Below, in pieces: positions 1-8,842 of a stretch of 64,000 nucleotides of DNA. A program made the translations under genes and the position numbers. The notes beneath the pieces were generated by a model. The model worked only from the letters and a program-made list of their open reading frames with translations, ran no database searches and was not told the origin of the DNA. Origin of the DNA: Desulfotomaculaceae bacterium (GTDB taxonomy: Bacteria; Bacillota; Desulfotomaculia; Desulfotomaculales; Pelotomaculaceae); assembly GCA_028709235.1 (NCBI GenBank), contig JAQVXL010000002.1, positions 9,633-73,632 on the forward strand. The letters run 5' to 3'. Positions within the stretch are counted from its first letter, which is position 1. Every line of letters starts with the position of its first letter.

Positions 1-352
1 AAATTTGCAGGGATTAATGGTTGAAATATAACCTTAAAAAAAGAGTTGCCAATCCAAACATGAGGAAGGGCTTAATCAACCAGCTGCTACCTGTTGATAT
101 TAGTATAGCTTGAGGATGCTTTCCAACATTCTTTATTGACTGAAAATCAATTTTCATCATCATCGGATAAATCATAATCCAAATGAGAATTGCAATCGGT
201 ATGTTTTGACCTGCAAATTGAATCTTCTCCAGAATATTGGGAACAGTCGGCAAAAACTTGCCAATTAGTATTCCCACTATCATGCAAAGGAGAACCCAAA
301 TTGTTAGATATTTCTCAAAAAACCCAATTCCTTGTGCCTTTTGATTGCTCAT
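1..352 (-). pseudogene. acr3: ACR3-family arsenite efflux pump, 5' part; frameshifted near 36-42 and running off the window edge
   Basis: MSNQKAQGIGFFEKYLTIWVLLCM...IPIAILIWIMIYPMMMKIDF...SWLIKPFLM is the ACR3 N-terminus. The ORF stops at 14, but one extra T in the T7 run restores LFFKVIFQPLIPAN to the edge. Confidence 0.85.
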
Positions 353-410
353 ATATTTCCCTTCTCTCAAAATATATGTAACCTGATAATTTCCCCCTTA
401 CCTTTAGTTG

Positions 411-722
411 CTAAAAAAGCAACTGTACAAACTCTTCATTTTTAAGTGAATATATATACTCAGATATATTCACATTAAGCAACACCGACTTTAACTGCGT
501 TTTATCATATCGTTCGCCTGTAAATAATTTTTCCAACTCTTCTACGGGCTTTACCTCAAAGAAATCCCCATAGGATTTACAAATGTATATACTTCCATCC
601 TTAATATCCATTGTGAGAGATATACTTCCAACATCAAACCGGATTTCTTTTCTATAGCTCATTTGCGGCGAATGACCAAAATTCCATTCCCATGTATTAT
701 ACTTACTGTTTCTAATCTGCAT
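411..722 (-). pseudogene. lplA: Lipoate-protein ligase A C-terminal fragment (5' part lost)
   Basis: SKYNTWEWNFGHSP...GSIYICKSYGDFF...EELEKLFTGERYD matches the LplA C-terminal region; the catalytic N-terminal two-thirds are absent and replaced by IS3 sequence. Confidence 0.7.
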
Positions 723-1245
723 ATAACATATATCTGGACCAGAGAGGGCTGGCTCTACCTGAACGCCCTGCTTGACCTCTATGATCGCTCCATAGTAGGT
801 TGGGCCGTGGACAGCAGGATGAGAACCCGACTGGTTTCCTCCACCCTTGAAAGAGCAATTCGCCGAACCAATGCCGGCAAAGGTTTACTCATTCATTCAG
901 ATCGTGGTGTCCAATATGCCAGCAATGAGTATCAGAGCATTCTTAAGAAAAACGGTTTTATATGCAGCATGAACCAAAAGGGCAATTGTTACGATAATGC
1001 TCCAATGGAATCCTTCTGGGGCAAGCTCAAAACAGAATGGCTTTACGGGCGGTCCCTTTATACAAGAGAACAGGCTAAGTCGATCTTGTTCGAGTATATA
1101 GAGCTATTTTATAACCGAAAAAGACTTCATTCCTCAAATGGCTATGTTGCACCACTAACAATGATAGACACCGTTTTATCATGATATTTAATACTATGAG
1201 CAGTTATTTGAGTTTCTTGGTGCCTACAGGTCTTGGGCAAGGTCA
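716..1245 (+). mobile_element. IS3-family remnant (integrase core C-terminus plus right end)
   Basis: HITYIWTREGWLYL...DLYDRSIVGW...HSDRGVQY...GNCYDNAPMESFWGKLKTE...YNRKRLHS is the IS3 OrfB DDE core. The first Asp (DITY) reads HITY at the junction. A plausible right end finishes ...gggcaaggtCA at 1245. No left end or orfA. Confidence 0.85.
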
Positions 1246-1287
1246 ACATGTCAAATATTTGATCCTTGTCTCATCTGTTATCGGGAT

Positions 1288-1339
1288 GTAGTGCAGGTGC
1301 GGCTTCAGCCGCACATTTGCCGGATGAAGCCGCACCTAC
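1288..1339 (+). repeat. GTAG-type REP-like palindrome with inverted partial partner (doublet)
   Basis: GTAGTGCAG-GTGCGGCT-TC-AGCCGCAC-AT followed by the inverted copy ccggatgaagccgcacctac. Confidence 0.65.
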
Positions 1340-1417
1340 AGCGGGAAAGGGTCTACGGGGCACAAAGAGTAAATCAACAGGAAAACATAATGTAAACTTA
1401 TATCTTTGGGGGTTGCT

Positions 1418-1954
1418 ATGAACAACCAGCTTATATTGTGGTCGATGATGCTCTTGCCCTGGTTGACTCTTTTTTTGATGAAGAGAGATGATCTCAAACG
1501 CTTTATGCCGGTTGGTTTATTAGGTGCAATTACCAGTATGATCGCTGCGGAAGCAGGCATTTCGTTGAAACTGTGAGCCATCAGAGAGACGATTTTCCCT
1601 CTGAGTCTAATTTTGCCACATCGACTGGGCCTGGCGCCAGTAGTCACAATCTGGCTTTTTAAGTTTGCATATGGAAAGTTTTGGCGCTATATTGCCGTAG
1701 ACGCAATTTTAAATCTGGTATATACGTTTATTTTTGCCCCCTGGCTGGCCACCAGGGGCATATGGGCAAATATTAATGGAACATACTTAAGCATATATTT
1801 AATTGTCACTATAGATGGACTATTACTATATATATACCAAATGTGGCATGAGAACGCCCTGGTTCCGGCTGTTAAAAAACCTTTTTCCAGGAAATTGCAG
1901 CCGGCGGTGTCGAAACCAACTTTTGAGGATGAGAACAACAAAAATAACCGATAA
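1418..1954 (+). pseudogene. Conserved Firmicute membrane protein with in-frame TGA at 1574-1576
   Basis: GGGGG RBS then MNNQLILWSMMLLPWLTLFLMKRDDLKRFMPVGLL...SLKL*AIRETIFPLSLILPHRLGLAPVVTIWLFKFAYGKFW, continuing in frame into track ORF 1613..1954. Confidence 0.75.
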
Positions 1955-1964
1955 AAAATATGGC

Positions 1965-2753
1965 TTATATTTTTTCCGCTTCAATCATATAAGACGCCAC
2001 AAATTCTTCTACGTTCTTACCAGGAACCCAGCTTTTGATAATCTCTTTGCTGTTATCCTTTGGAAACAAGCGGATGTTTTCAAAACCGGCATTCTGAAGC
2101 ATGGTTCTAATGTTTTCCACATACTCGGCGCCTGCTATGCAGCCGGCCATACTGGCCAGATCATTCTTGATCCTCTCCGGCAATTCTGCTGTGGCCACAA
2201 CATCTGATATCGATATCCGCCCGCCGGATTTAAGCACCCTGTATGCTTCATTGAAAACCTGCTGCTTATCCAGTGACAGATTGATCACACAATTTGAGAT
2301 GATCACATCAACTAATCCATCAGCAGCCGGTATGTGCTCAATTTCTCCCAACCGGAACTCAACATTTTTATAACCGCTTTTTTCAGCATTTTGCCTGGCC
2401 AGCTTAATCATTTCCGGAGTCATATCCACCCCAATGACGAACCCGGTTGCCCCCACCTGCTTCCTGGCCAAAAAACAATCAAATCCGCCGCCGCTGCCCA
2501 GGTCAAGTACCGCTTCACCTGCTTTAAGCGCCGCCATAGCGATTGGATTTCCGCATCCCAATCCCATATTGGCCTGGGCAGGTATATCTTTTAAGTCGCT
2601 TTCAGAATAACCGATATTAAGGGCTGCCTCCTTAATGTTAACCTGTGGGCCGCTGCAGCTGCAACCACCACTGCAGCACCCTCCGGCAGCACCCTGCAGG
2701 GCAACCTGGGAATAGTTCTTTCTGATAAAATCTCTAACTTCTTCTTTTTTCAA
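1965..2753 (-). CDS. arsM: Arsenite S-adenosylmethionine methyltransferase
   Basis: ANMGLGCGNP, VLDLGSGGGFDC, VIISNCVINLS and AGCIAGA motifs; Cys-rich N-terminus; ars context. Confidence 0.95.
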   Translation of the reverse strand: MKKEEVRDFIRKNYSQVALQGAAGGCCSGGCSCSGPQVNIKEAALNIGYSESDLKDIPAQANMGLGCGNPIAMAALKAGEAVLDLGSGGGFDCFLARKQVGATGFVIGVDMTPEMIKLARQNAEKSGYKNVEFRLGEIEHIPAADGLVDVIISNCVINLSLDKQQVFNEAYRVLKSGGRISISDVVATAELPERIKNDLASMAGCIAGAEYVENIRTMLQNAGFENIRLFPKDNSKEIIKSWVPGKNVEEFVASYMIEAEKI

Positions 2754-2782
2754 AATACACAGCCTCCATACGATTTGGCTAT

Positions 2783-3106
2783 TTACTTCTTACAGTCGCA
2801 GTTGATATTGCCGGCAACAATCTCTTGCCAATCTCCGAGAACATCATGTGTCCAACAATCATCCGCACCTGCTGCTTCACGCATGGTCAGGGCAAAGATA
2901 TAAGATAATTCCTTGACCGTTGCGCCGGCTTCTAAGGCGCCTTTGAAATGTTTGAGCACACAAGGCTTAGAACGGCCTTTAATGGAAAGAGCAAAGCAGA
3001 TAAATTGATATGTTTTTTCGTCAATCATTCTTTTTTCTTGATAAAGCTGATCGATCTCATCCAGCTTTTGGGTAAATTCCGGGAAAAATTCTTCTAACAT
3101 TCTCAT
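2783..3106 (-). CDS. Carboxymuconolactone decarboxylase/AhpD-like protein
   Basis: IDEKTYQFICFALSIK...CVLKHFKGALEAGATVKEL pattern of the CMD family; inside the ars operon. Confidence 0.8.
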   Translation of the reverse strand: MRMLEEFFPEFTQKLDEIDQLYQEKRMIDEKTYQFICFALSIKGRSKPCVLKHFKGALEAGATVKELSYIFALTMREAAGADDCWTHDVLGDWQEIVAGNINCDCKK

Positions 3107-3134
3107 TAAAAACAGCCTCCTTAATTAGCTTTAA

Positions 3135-3365
3135 TTATTTTAATAACGCCTTTATTTCATCGACCTTTAAGACCTTACCGACAACTTTTACTTCCTCATC
3201 AATCACTAAAGCCGGCGTCATCATCACACCATACCCGGCAATCACTTTTAAGTCCTGCACTTTCTCAATAGTCGCGGCAAGCCCCAGTTCTTCTACAGCC
3301 TTTCTTACGTTTTGCTCCAATTTATTACACTTGGCGCAGCCTGTTCCTAAAATTTTAATGATCAT
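3135..3365 (-). CDS. Small thioredoxin-like redox-active disulfide protein (MTH895-type)
   Basis: IKILGTGCAKC...YGVMMTPALVIDEEVKVVGKV. Confidence 0.9.
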   Translation of the reverse strand: MIIKILGTGCAKCNKLEQNVRKAVEELGLAATIEKVQDLKVIAGYGVMMTPALVIDEEVKVVGKVLKVDEIKALLK

Positions 3366-3404
3366 TTAATTTATCCTCCTATTCTTATATTTTATATTCT
3401 TATA

Positions 3405-4424
3405 TTACATTAGCAAATGCCCAAACACATTGAATGTATATCCAATGATAATAATGCCTAAAGTTACAACTGAAAAGAAGATGGCCAGAAGCTTTATTTT
3501 AACCGCCGTTTTAAGCATGATTAACGAAGGAAGGGAAAGTGCGGTCACCGCCATCATGAAGGAAAGCGCAGTGCCTAAACCTACCCCCTTATAAACTAAT
3601 GCTTCGGCTATAGGCAAGGTGCCAAAGATATCCGCATACATCGGGACCCCGACAATAGTGGCAACAAGTACTGAATACCACTTATCCTGCCCCAGCACCG
3701 CAGATATGACATTTTCAGGTATCCAGTTATGAATAGCAGCGCCTATCCCGACACCAATCAAGATATATAGCCATACCCTTTTGACAATATTCAGCACCTG
3801 TTCTTTGGAATAATCAAGGCGGTCCCGTACGGTCAGCTCATTTTGATCTATATCAATCATGGCATTGCTGTAAACAAAAGACTCTACATGATTTTCAAGT
3901 TTAGCATTGCCGATGATGGTCCCTCCGATCACCGCAAGAATAAGCCCGACTACAACATAGGCGAAGGCTATCTTCCAGTTAAAGATGCTGGCAATAAGGA
4001 GTATAGACGCCAGATCTACCAGCGGAGATGAAATTAAAAATGAGAATGTAATCCCCAATGGCAGGCCGGCACTGGTAAATCCAATAAACAACGGTATCGA
4101 CGAGCAGGAGCAGAAGGGAGTTATAGTGCCCAGCAAAGCCCCTAATATGTTTCCTGTTATTCCCTTGTATCCACCTAATATTTTTTTCGTTCGCTCAGGG
4201 GGGAAGAAGCTTTGGATATAGGATATTGTAAAAATAAGCACAGAAAGCAATATAAATATTTTCACCACATCATATATGAAAAAATGAATACTGCCGCCCA
4301 GTCTATCCTGGATACTAAGCCCCAAAGCCTGCTCTACAAACTTTTGCACCAGATCGTACAGCCATTGCATCTTGAGCAATTGATTGTTAAGCCATTCAAA
4401 TATAAACACGTACAGCCACCTCAA
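3405..4424 (-). CDS. DUF318/ArsP-family permease
   Basis: Multi-pass membrane protein with TPFCSCSSIP, FLISSPLVD and GVPMYAD motifs; downstream of arsR. Confidence 0.85.
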   Translation of the reverse strand: MRWLYVFIFEWLNNQLLKMQWLYDLVQKFVEQALGLSIQDRLGGSIHFFIYDVVKIFILLSVLIFTISYIQSFFPPERTKKILGGYKGITGNILGALLGTITPFCSCSSIPLFIGFTSAGLPLGITFSFLISSPLVDLASILLIASIFNWKIAFAYVVVGLILAVIGGTIIGNAKLENHVESFVYSNAMIDIDQNELTVRDRLDYSKEQVLNIVKRVWLYILIGVGIGAAIHNWIPENVISAVLGQDKWYSVLVATIVGVPMYADIFGTLPIAEALVYKGVGLGTALSFMMAVTALSLPSLIMLKTAVKIKLLAIFFSVVTLGIIIIGYTFNVFGHLLM

Positions 4425-4437
4425 ATTTCTGTTTCAT

Positions 4438-4773
4438 TCAGTCATTTACATTACAGCATTGATCCGGATTCAATTCTTTACAAATGCAATTTTCCTTGTT
4501 GGAAGTGATGTCGCAGAAGAATTGTTTTGTTTTGGCAATGCCCTCGGCACTGAGAGAATAATACGTCCATTTTCCCTCGTTTCGGCTAACAACCAAGCCA
4601 CACTCGCATAACAATTTCATATGATGTGAGAGGGTGGACTGGGACATGGCAAACTTCTCTAAAATCATACAGGCACATAATTCCCCGCAAGAGAGCATAT
4701 CAACAATCATCGCCCTTCTGGGGTCACCTAACGCTTTAAATACCCTGGAACCTTCTATATAAAATTTATCCAT
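4438..4773 (-). CDS. arsR: ArsR/SmtB-family repressor
   Basis: FKALGDPRRAMIVDMLSCGELCAC...MSQSTLSHHMKLLCECGLV; Cys-rich C-terminus; heads the ars operon. Confidence 0.9.
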   Translation of the reverse strand: MDKFYIEGSRVFKALGDPRRAMIVDMLSCGELCACMILEKFAMSQSTLSHHMKLLCECGLVVSRNEGKWTYYSLSAEGIAKTKQFFCDITSNKENCICKELNPDQCCNVND

Positions 4774-4896
4774 ACCTCCACCTCACATTCAATTTTTTCG
4801 ATATGATTTTATAATACGCCTCATATCGATATGTGTCAATATGTAAATAGAATTAGAAAAAAACTAATGAACCGGACAACCTGCTGATTAAAACAG

Positions 4897-4925
4897 AACA
4901 ATCCTGTCAACCCAGTCATATTATA
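4897..4925 (+). promoter_or_regulatory. Putative sigmaK (mother-cell) promoter
   Basis: AACA-16 bp-CATATTATA fits the B. subtilis sigmaK consensus (mACm-N16-CATAnnnTA); upstream of the Cys-rich genes. Confidence 0.45.
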
Positions 4926-5182
4926 TTAGAAATGGATGGTTTTGCGCCGCCACCTGGCATTGGTTAAAGCAGAAGCAGTTAACATGCTTACGTGCTTACG
5001 GGACAGTATAAAGCAAGCATCGTGGCGTATGGTGAAAATGAGATACACACTTTAGGAATGGCTGACATAATGAGGGCATTATTAAACAGTTCAATATATA
5101 TTGAATATTTTTCCAAAAATGGTTCCTGCTCCAAACTTACAGGAATACAATACACCATCCAAAAAGAAAGGTGTGTTGTTTT

Positions 5183-5485
5183 ATGTCAGATTCTAACGTA
5201 AAAATTCTACAAGCGCCAACGGAATGTCCGGCAATTGTTAATGAGACAGTGTGTGTTCAAGCTGAGGTTACGATTACTCCAAATGTAGTAGTCGGGACAA
5301 TTGAATCTTTTTGTGTGGGAGAACCGGTAATAGGGGCCTGTCCTGGAACACCAGTTGCAGAATGTACCTTTACGGTCAGCCAGAACATATGTGTTCAGAT
5401 TCCTCTTACGTTTTCCGCCGTGGCTGCCGCAGTGCCCACAGGTATTGTTTGCGGCGAACCAGCGGTGGGAGGATGTGCTGTATAA
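5183..5485 (+). CDS. Small Cys-rich hypothetical protein (single repeat domain), putative spore-surface protein
   Basis: GAAAGGTGTG RBS; domain CPAIVNETVCVQAEVTITP...SQNICVQIPLTFSA...GIVCGEP; no signal peptide. Confidence 0.7.
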   Translation: MSDSNVKILQAPTECPAIVNETVCVQAEVTITPNVVVGTIESFCVGEPVIGACPGTPVAECTFTVSQNICVQIPLTFSAVAAAVPTGIVCGEPAVGGCAV

Positions 5486-6781
5486 CGATACGATTTTACT
5501 GGATGGGTAGTCTGGTTATTTACTGATGCTATCCCATCAGTAGATTAACTCATGATAATAGCCTCCTGGTAGTTATCCGCCGGGACATTATAAACCCGGC
5601 GGGTAACAATATTACACACTTGGAGGCAATGTAATGAAAGGTGGATTTCAAATGGGAGATACCAGTTTTGATCTGGCGGATAGTTCCTCGCAAGTGAGGC
5701 AAGCTGGTACAACATTAACAGCGACCATATCCGCAACAGGTCATTTGACTCGGACATTTCCTTGGACGATTAATAAGTCTGTTACACCAGCTTCCTTGAA
5801 CGTCTTACCTGGTGGCACCGGCACCGCCGTGTACACCATTACGGTCACGAAAGGCACCGGTGTAGATGCGGCATTTATTGATGGTCAAGTTTGTGTCACT
5901 AACGGAGGGGCTTTAGCAACTGAGAATCTTACAATTGTCGTCGATCTAACTATGCCACCCTCTTCCGCAATTATTGCCTCGGTACCCGTGGATGTCAGCA
6001 TGCAACCTGTTCTGCAGCCAGGCGAAACATTCTGTTACAATTACCGTGTTGATATTCCAACCGGATCAATTGTCCCTGGCGGGACCTACAAGGTGACCGC
6101 CAATATCACTATTACCAACCATTCCGGTCATATAGGCACTCCTTTTGGCCCCAGCCCCAGCGATACAATTATCCTGGCAACCACCCCGACGCTGATCAAC
6201 GATACCATCCACGTGGATGATACCAACGGCATGTCGTTTACTTTCAGTGCCAGCGGGTCTCAAACATATGACAAGACATTTACCTGTGAGAACGAGGGGA
6301 CAAACATTAACACCGCAACAATCCGAGAGACCGGACAACAATCTTCAGCCAGCGTAATAGTAACTTGCGGATGTCCAGCAATGGTTAATGAGACAGTGTG
6401 TGTTCAAGCCGATGTTACGATTACTCCAAGTGTTGTAGTCGGGACAATTGAATCTTTTTGTGTGGGGGAACCGGTAATAGGGGCCTGTCCTGGAACACTA
6501 GTTGAAGAATGTACCTTTACGGTCAGCCAGAACATATGTGTTCAGATTCCTCTTGCGTTTTCTGCTGTGGCTGCCGCAGTGCCAACAGGTACTGTTTGCG
6601 GCACACCAGCGGTGGGAGGATGTGTTTAATAAGATTTGCTATCAGCTAGATGGATCTAGTTGATTTGCTGACGCTATCTCACAGGTAGATTAGCTCATGA
6701 CGATAGCCTCCTGGTAGTTATCCGCCGGGACATTATAAGCCCCGGCGGGTAATATAATACCACACACTTTAGAGGCAATGT
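5225..6781 (+). repeat. ~410-bp direct repeat (5225-5632 and 6372-6781)
   Basis: Near-identical coding segment (gttaatgagacagtgtgtgttcaagc...ggtgggaggatgtg) plus the shared downstream intergenic sequence (gatagcctcctggtagttatccgccgggacattata...cccggcgggtaa...gaggcaatgt). Confidence 0.9.
5652..6629 (+). CDS. Thr/Val-rich beta-sandwich-like protein with C-terminal Cys-rich repeat domain
   Basis: AAAGGTGGA RBS; N-terminal region WTINKSVTP...AVYTITVTK; the C-terminal ~85 aa are a copy of the 5183..5485 domain. Confidence 0.8.
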   Translation: MGDTSFDLADSSSQVRQAGTTLTATISATGHLTRTFPWTINKSVTPASLNVLPGGTGTAVYTITVTKGTGVDAAFIDGQVCVTNGGALATENLTIVVDLTMPPSSAIIASVPVDVSMQPVLQPGETFCYNYRVDIPTGSIVPGGTYKVTANITITNHSGHIGTPFGPSPSDTIILATTPTLINDTIHVDDTNGMSFTFSASGSQTYDKTFTCENEGTNINTATIRETGQQSSASVIVTCGCPAMVNETVCVQADVTITPSVVVGTIESFCVGEPVIGACPGTLVEECTFTVSQNICVQIPLAFSAVAAAVPTGTVCGTPAVGGCV

Positions 6782-6828
6782 CATTTTCCTACATATAAGA
6801 CTATCATTATGAAGGGTGCTGTAGAGTT

Positions 6829-7551
6829 ATGTCCGATATAAGTATAAATACCAAACCAGTTACCCAAACGGATTGTCCGGTAATTGTAAACGAGACAGTG
6901 TCTGTCCAGGCTGATGTAACGGTTATTCCAAGTGTAGCAGCCGGGGAGATTGAATCTTTTTGCGTAGGAAAGCCGGTGATTAATCCCTGTCCAAAAAATC
7001 CATGCACCTTTAAGGTCAGCCAGAATATTTGTGTTCAAGTTCCTCTTACATTCTCTGCCAATGCTACAGCAGTACCAGCTGGTATCGTTTGCGGTACACC
7101 AGCGGTAGGAACCTGTAAAGCGAAAACTGACTGCACGCAATCAATGGGCTACTTTCTTAGCCATCCGGATGTGACCAACGCTTTAATTTTGGCTGCGGGC
7201 GGCTCAATCGTGCTGGGGAAAGTTGGTACTGGTAAAGGTCTCAGCTTCACTGTTACAACAACTAATGCGGGCAAAGTCCTGTCGCTTAATACGCCTTCGC
7301 CGCCGGCGCCAGTTTCGGGTATATTTGCTAATCAATATAAAAACCTTTATGCAGAGCTTCTCACAGCTAATTTAAACGTGTTAAATGGGGAAACTTGCTT
7401 TTTTGCCACTGAGTCAATCAATGCAGCAAATAAGTTCCTGGCCAACTCCCCTCCGGGTGGAATGGCAGGAGCGCCAGCCGTACAAACCCCACTGGCACAA
7501 TTCAATCTGGAGACGGCGCCAGAATGCACAAAACATTGTCCCGGGGAATAA
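6829..7551 (+). CDS. Protein with N-terminal Cys-rich repeat domain and an unknown C-terminal domain
   Basis: DCPVIVNETVSVQADVTVIP...SQNICVQVPLTFSA third copy, then CTQSMGYFLSHP...LYAELLTANLNVLNG. Confidence 0.8.
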   Translation: MSDISINTKPVTQTDCPVIVNETVSVQADVTVIPSVAAGEIESFCVGKPVINPCPKNPCTFKVSQNICVQVPLTFSANATAVPAGIVCGTPAVGTCKAKTDCTQSMGYFLSHPDVTNALILAAGGSIVLGKVGTGKGLSFTVTTTNAGKVLSLNTPSPPAPVSGIFANQYKNLYAELLTANLNVLNGETCFFATESINAANKFLANSPPGGMAGAPAVQTPLAQFNLETAPECTKHCPGE

Positions 7552-7631
7552 ATCCGATCTCATTTTAAGATACTTAAAATAAGCTTGTACCAAGCTTTGG
7601 TTTTTGCACAATATATATTAAAGAAAAATAA

Positions 7632-7657
7632 AGGACTACAGGAACACCTGCAGTCCT
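7632..7657 (+). terminator. Putative intrinsic terminator
   Basis: aggactacagg-aaca-cctgcagtcct hairpin followed by attgtttt. Confidence 0.5.
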
Positions 7658-7954
7658 ATTGTTTTAAATGCCTGCTTTGCCATTATAATATTTTATAAAT
7701 ATCAGGGAAATATATGAACAACAAAATATGGAGGGATGGAATTAGCCGGCATATAACAGTTGACCATTAAAAGATTAAAAGATAATATATCATTAGTTTC
7801 TACGGTGGGATAAATTACATATTCAAAGGTCCGGGATGCGGGATATTCAGTCACAATGGAGCCCACTGATGTTGCTATACCAAGCGAACCCCCTATGCAT
7901 ATATAAATTATATTACCTACAACTTAGGAAATCATTAAGGGAGGATGATCAATA

Positions 7955-8620
7955 ATGTCTGCAAAAGATTTATTGGACAAGGGCGCAGTGCTGCAGCGGG
8001 ATAAAGAAACATATGCCGTGGTTCCTCATATGCCCGGTGGGCTGGTAACTCCGGCTGCGTTGAGAAAAATAGCAGATGTCGCAGAAAAGTATAATGCCCA
8101 GGCCCTAAAGCTTACCTCTGCTCAACGCTTGGCGATTGTGGGTTTAAAGGAAGAAGATCTGGACAATGTCTGGCAGGATCTGGGCATTAAACCCGGTGCT
8201 GCCATTGGACTATGTGTACGCAGCATCAAGTTTTGTCCGGGAACTACATTTTGCAAACGGGGACAACAGGATTCCGTAGGCCTGGGATTAAAACTGGATG
8301 AGCGTTATCACGGTCTTGAGCTGCCCAGTAAATTCAAGATGGGTGTAAGCGGTTGCGCCAATTCCTGCGGGGAAAATCATTTCCGTGATGTGGGCGTAAT
8401 GGGGATGCCGAAGGGATTTCGATTGATGGTTGGCGGAAACGGCGGCGTTGTTCCACGCATTGCCCAGACTATTTATGATGGACTGGATGAAGAACAGGTC
8501 CTGAAAAAAATCGATAAGATCGTCAAGGTCTATACCGAGGGCGCCAAAAAGCGTGAGCGACTGGGCAAGTTCATCGAGCGAATTGGTTTAGAAGAGTTTA
8601 AAAGCAAACTTGAGGAATAA
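7955..8620 (+). CDS. Half-size nitrite/sulfite reductase 4Fe-4S/siroheme-domain protein
   Basis: GGLVTPAALRKIADVAEKY...LKLTSAQRLAI ferredoxin-like half-domain; CPGTTFC and SGCANSCGE Cys motifs; LPSKFKMGVSGC. Confidence 0.85.
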   Translation: MSAKDLLDKGAVLQRDKETYAVVPHMPGGLVTPAALRKIADVAEKYNAQALKLTSAQRLAIVGLKEEDLDNVWQDLGIKPGAAIGLCVRSIKFCPGTTFCKRGQQDSVGLGLKLDERYHGLELPSKFKMGVSGCANSCGENHFRDVGVMGMPKGFRLMVGGNGGVVPRIAQTIYDGLDEEQVLKKIDKIVKVYTEGAKKRERLGKFIERIGLEEFKSKLEE

Positions 8621-8638
8621 CCGTATCCCCATTGTATA

Positions 8639-8664
8639 AAAAAGTCAGCTTCGGCTGGCTTTTT
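8639..8664 (+). terminator. Intrinsic terminator
   Basis: aaaaagtcagc-ttcg-gctggcttttt. Confidence 0.75.
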
Positions 8665-8842
8665 CCTGTTTTTACCTCCAGCGATCCTGCCATCCGATTA
8701 TGCAGTTCGTTTCAAAATTTTTTGGTATATTCCCCGGGTGATAAAAAATACCAGAGGCGCATTTTCAAACGCATCTGGTATTAAAGGAGTAAATCATCTT
8801 ATCCAGGTAACCGGGTTAACTAATTTGCTAAACAAAACGGAT

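Noticed and set aside
4992-5201. 69-aa ORF upstream of the Cys-rich genes
   Set aside because: No RBS or motif; overlaps the start of the real downstream gene and looks like leader sequence.
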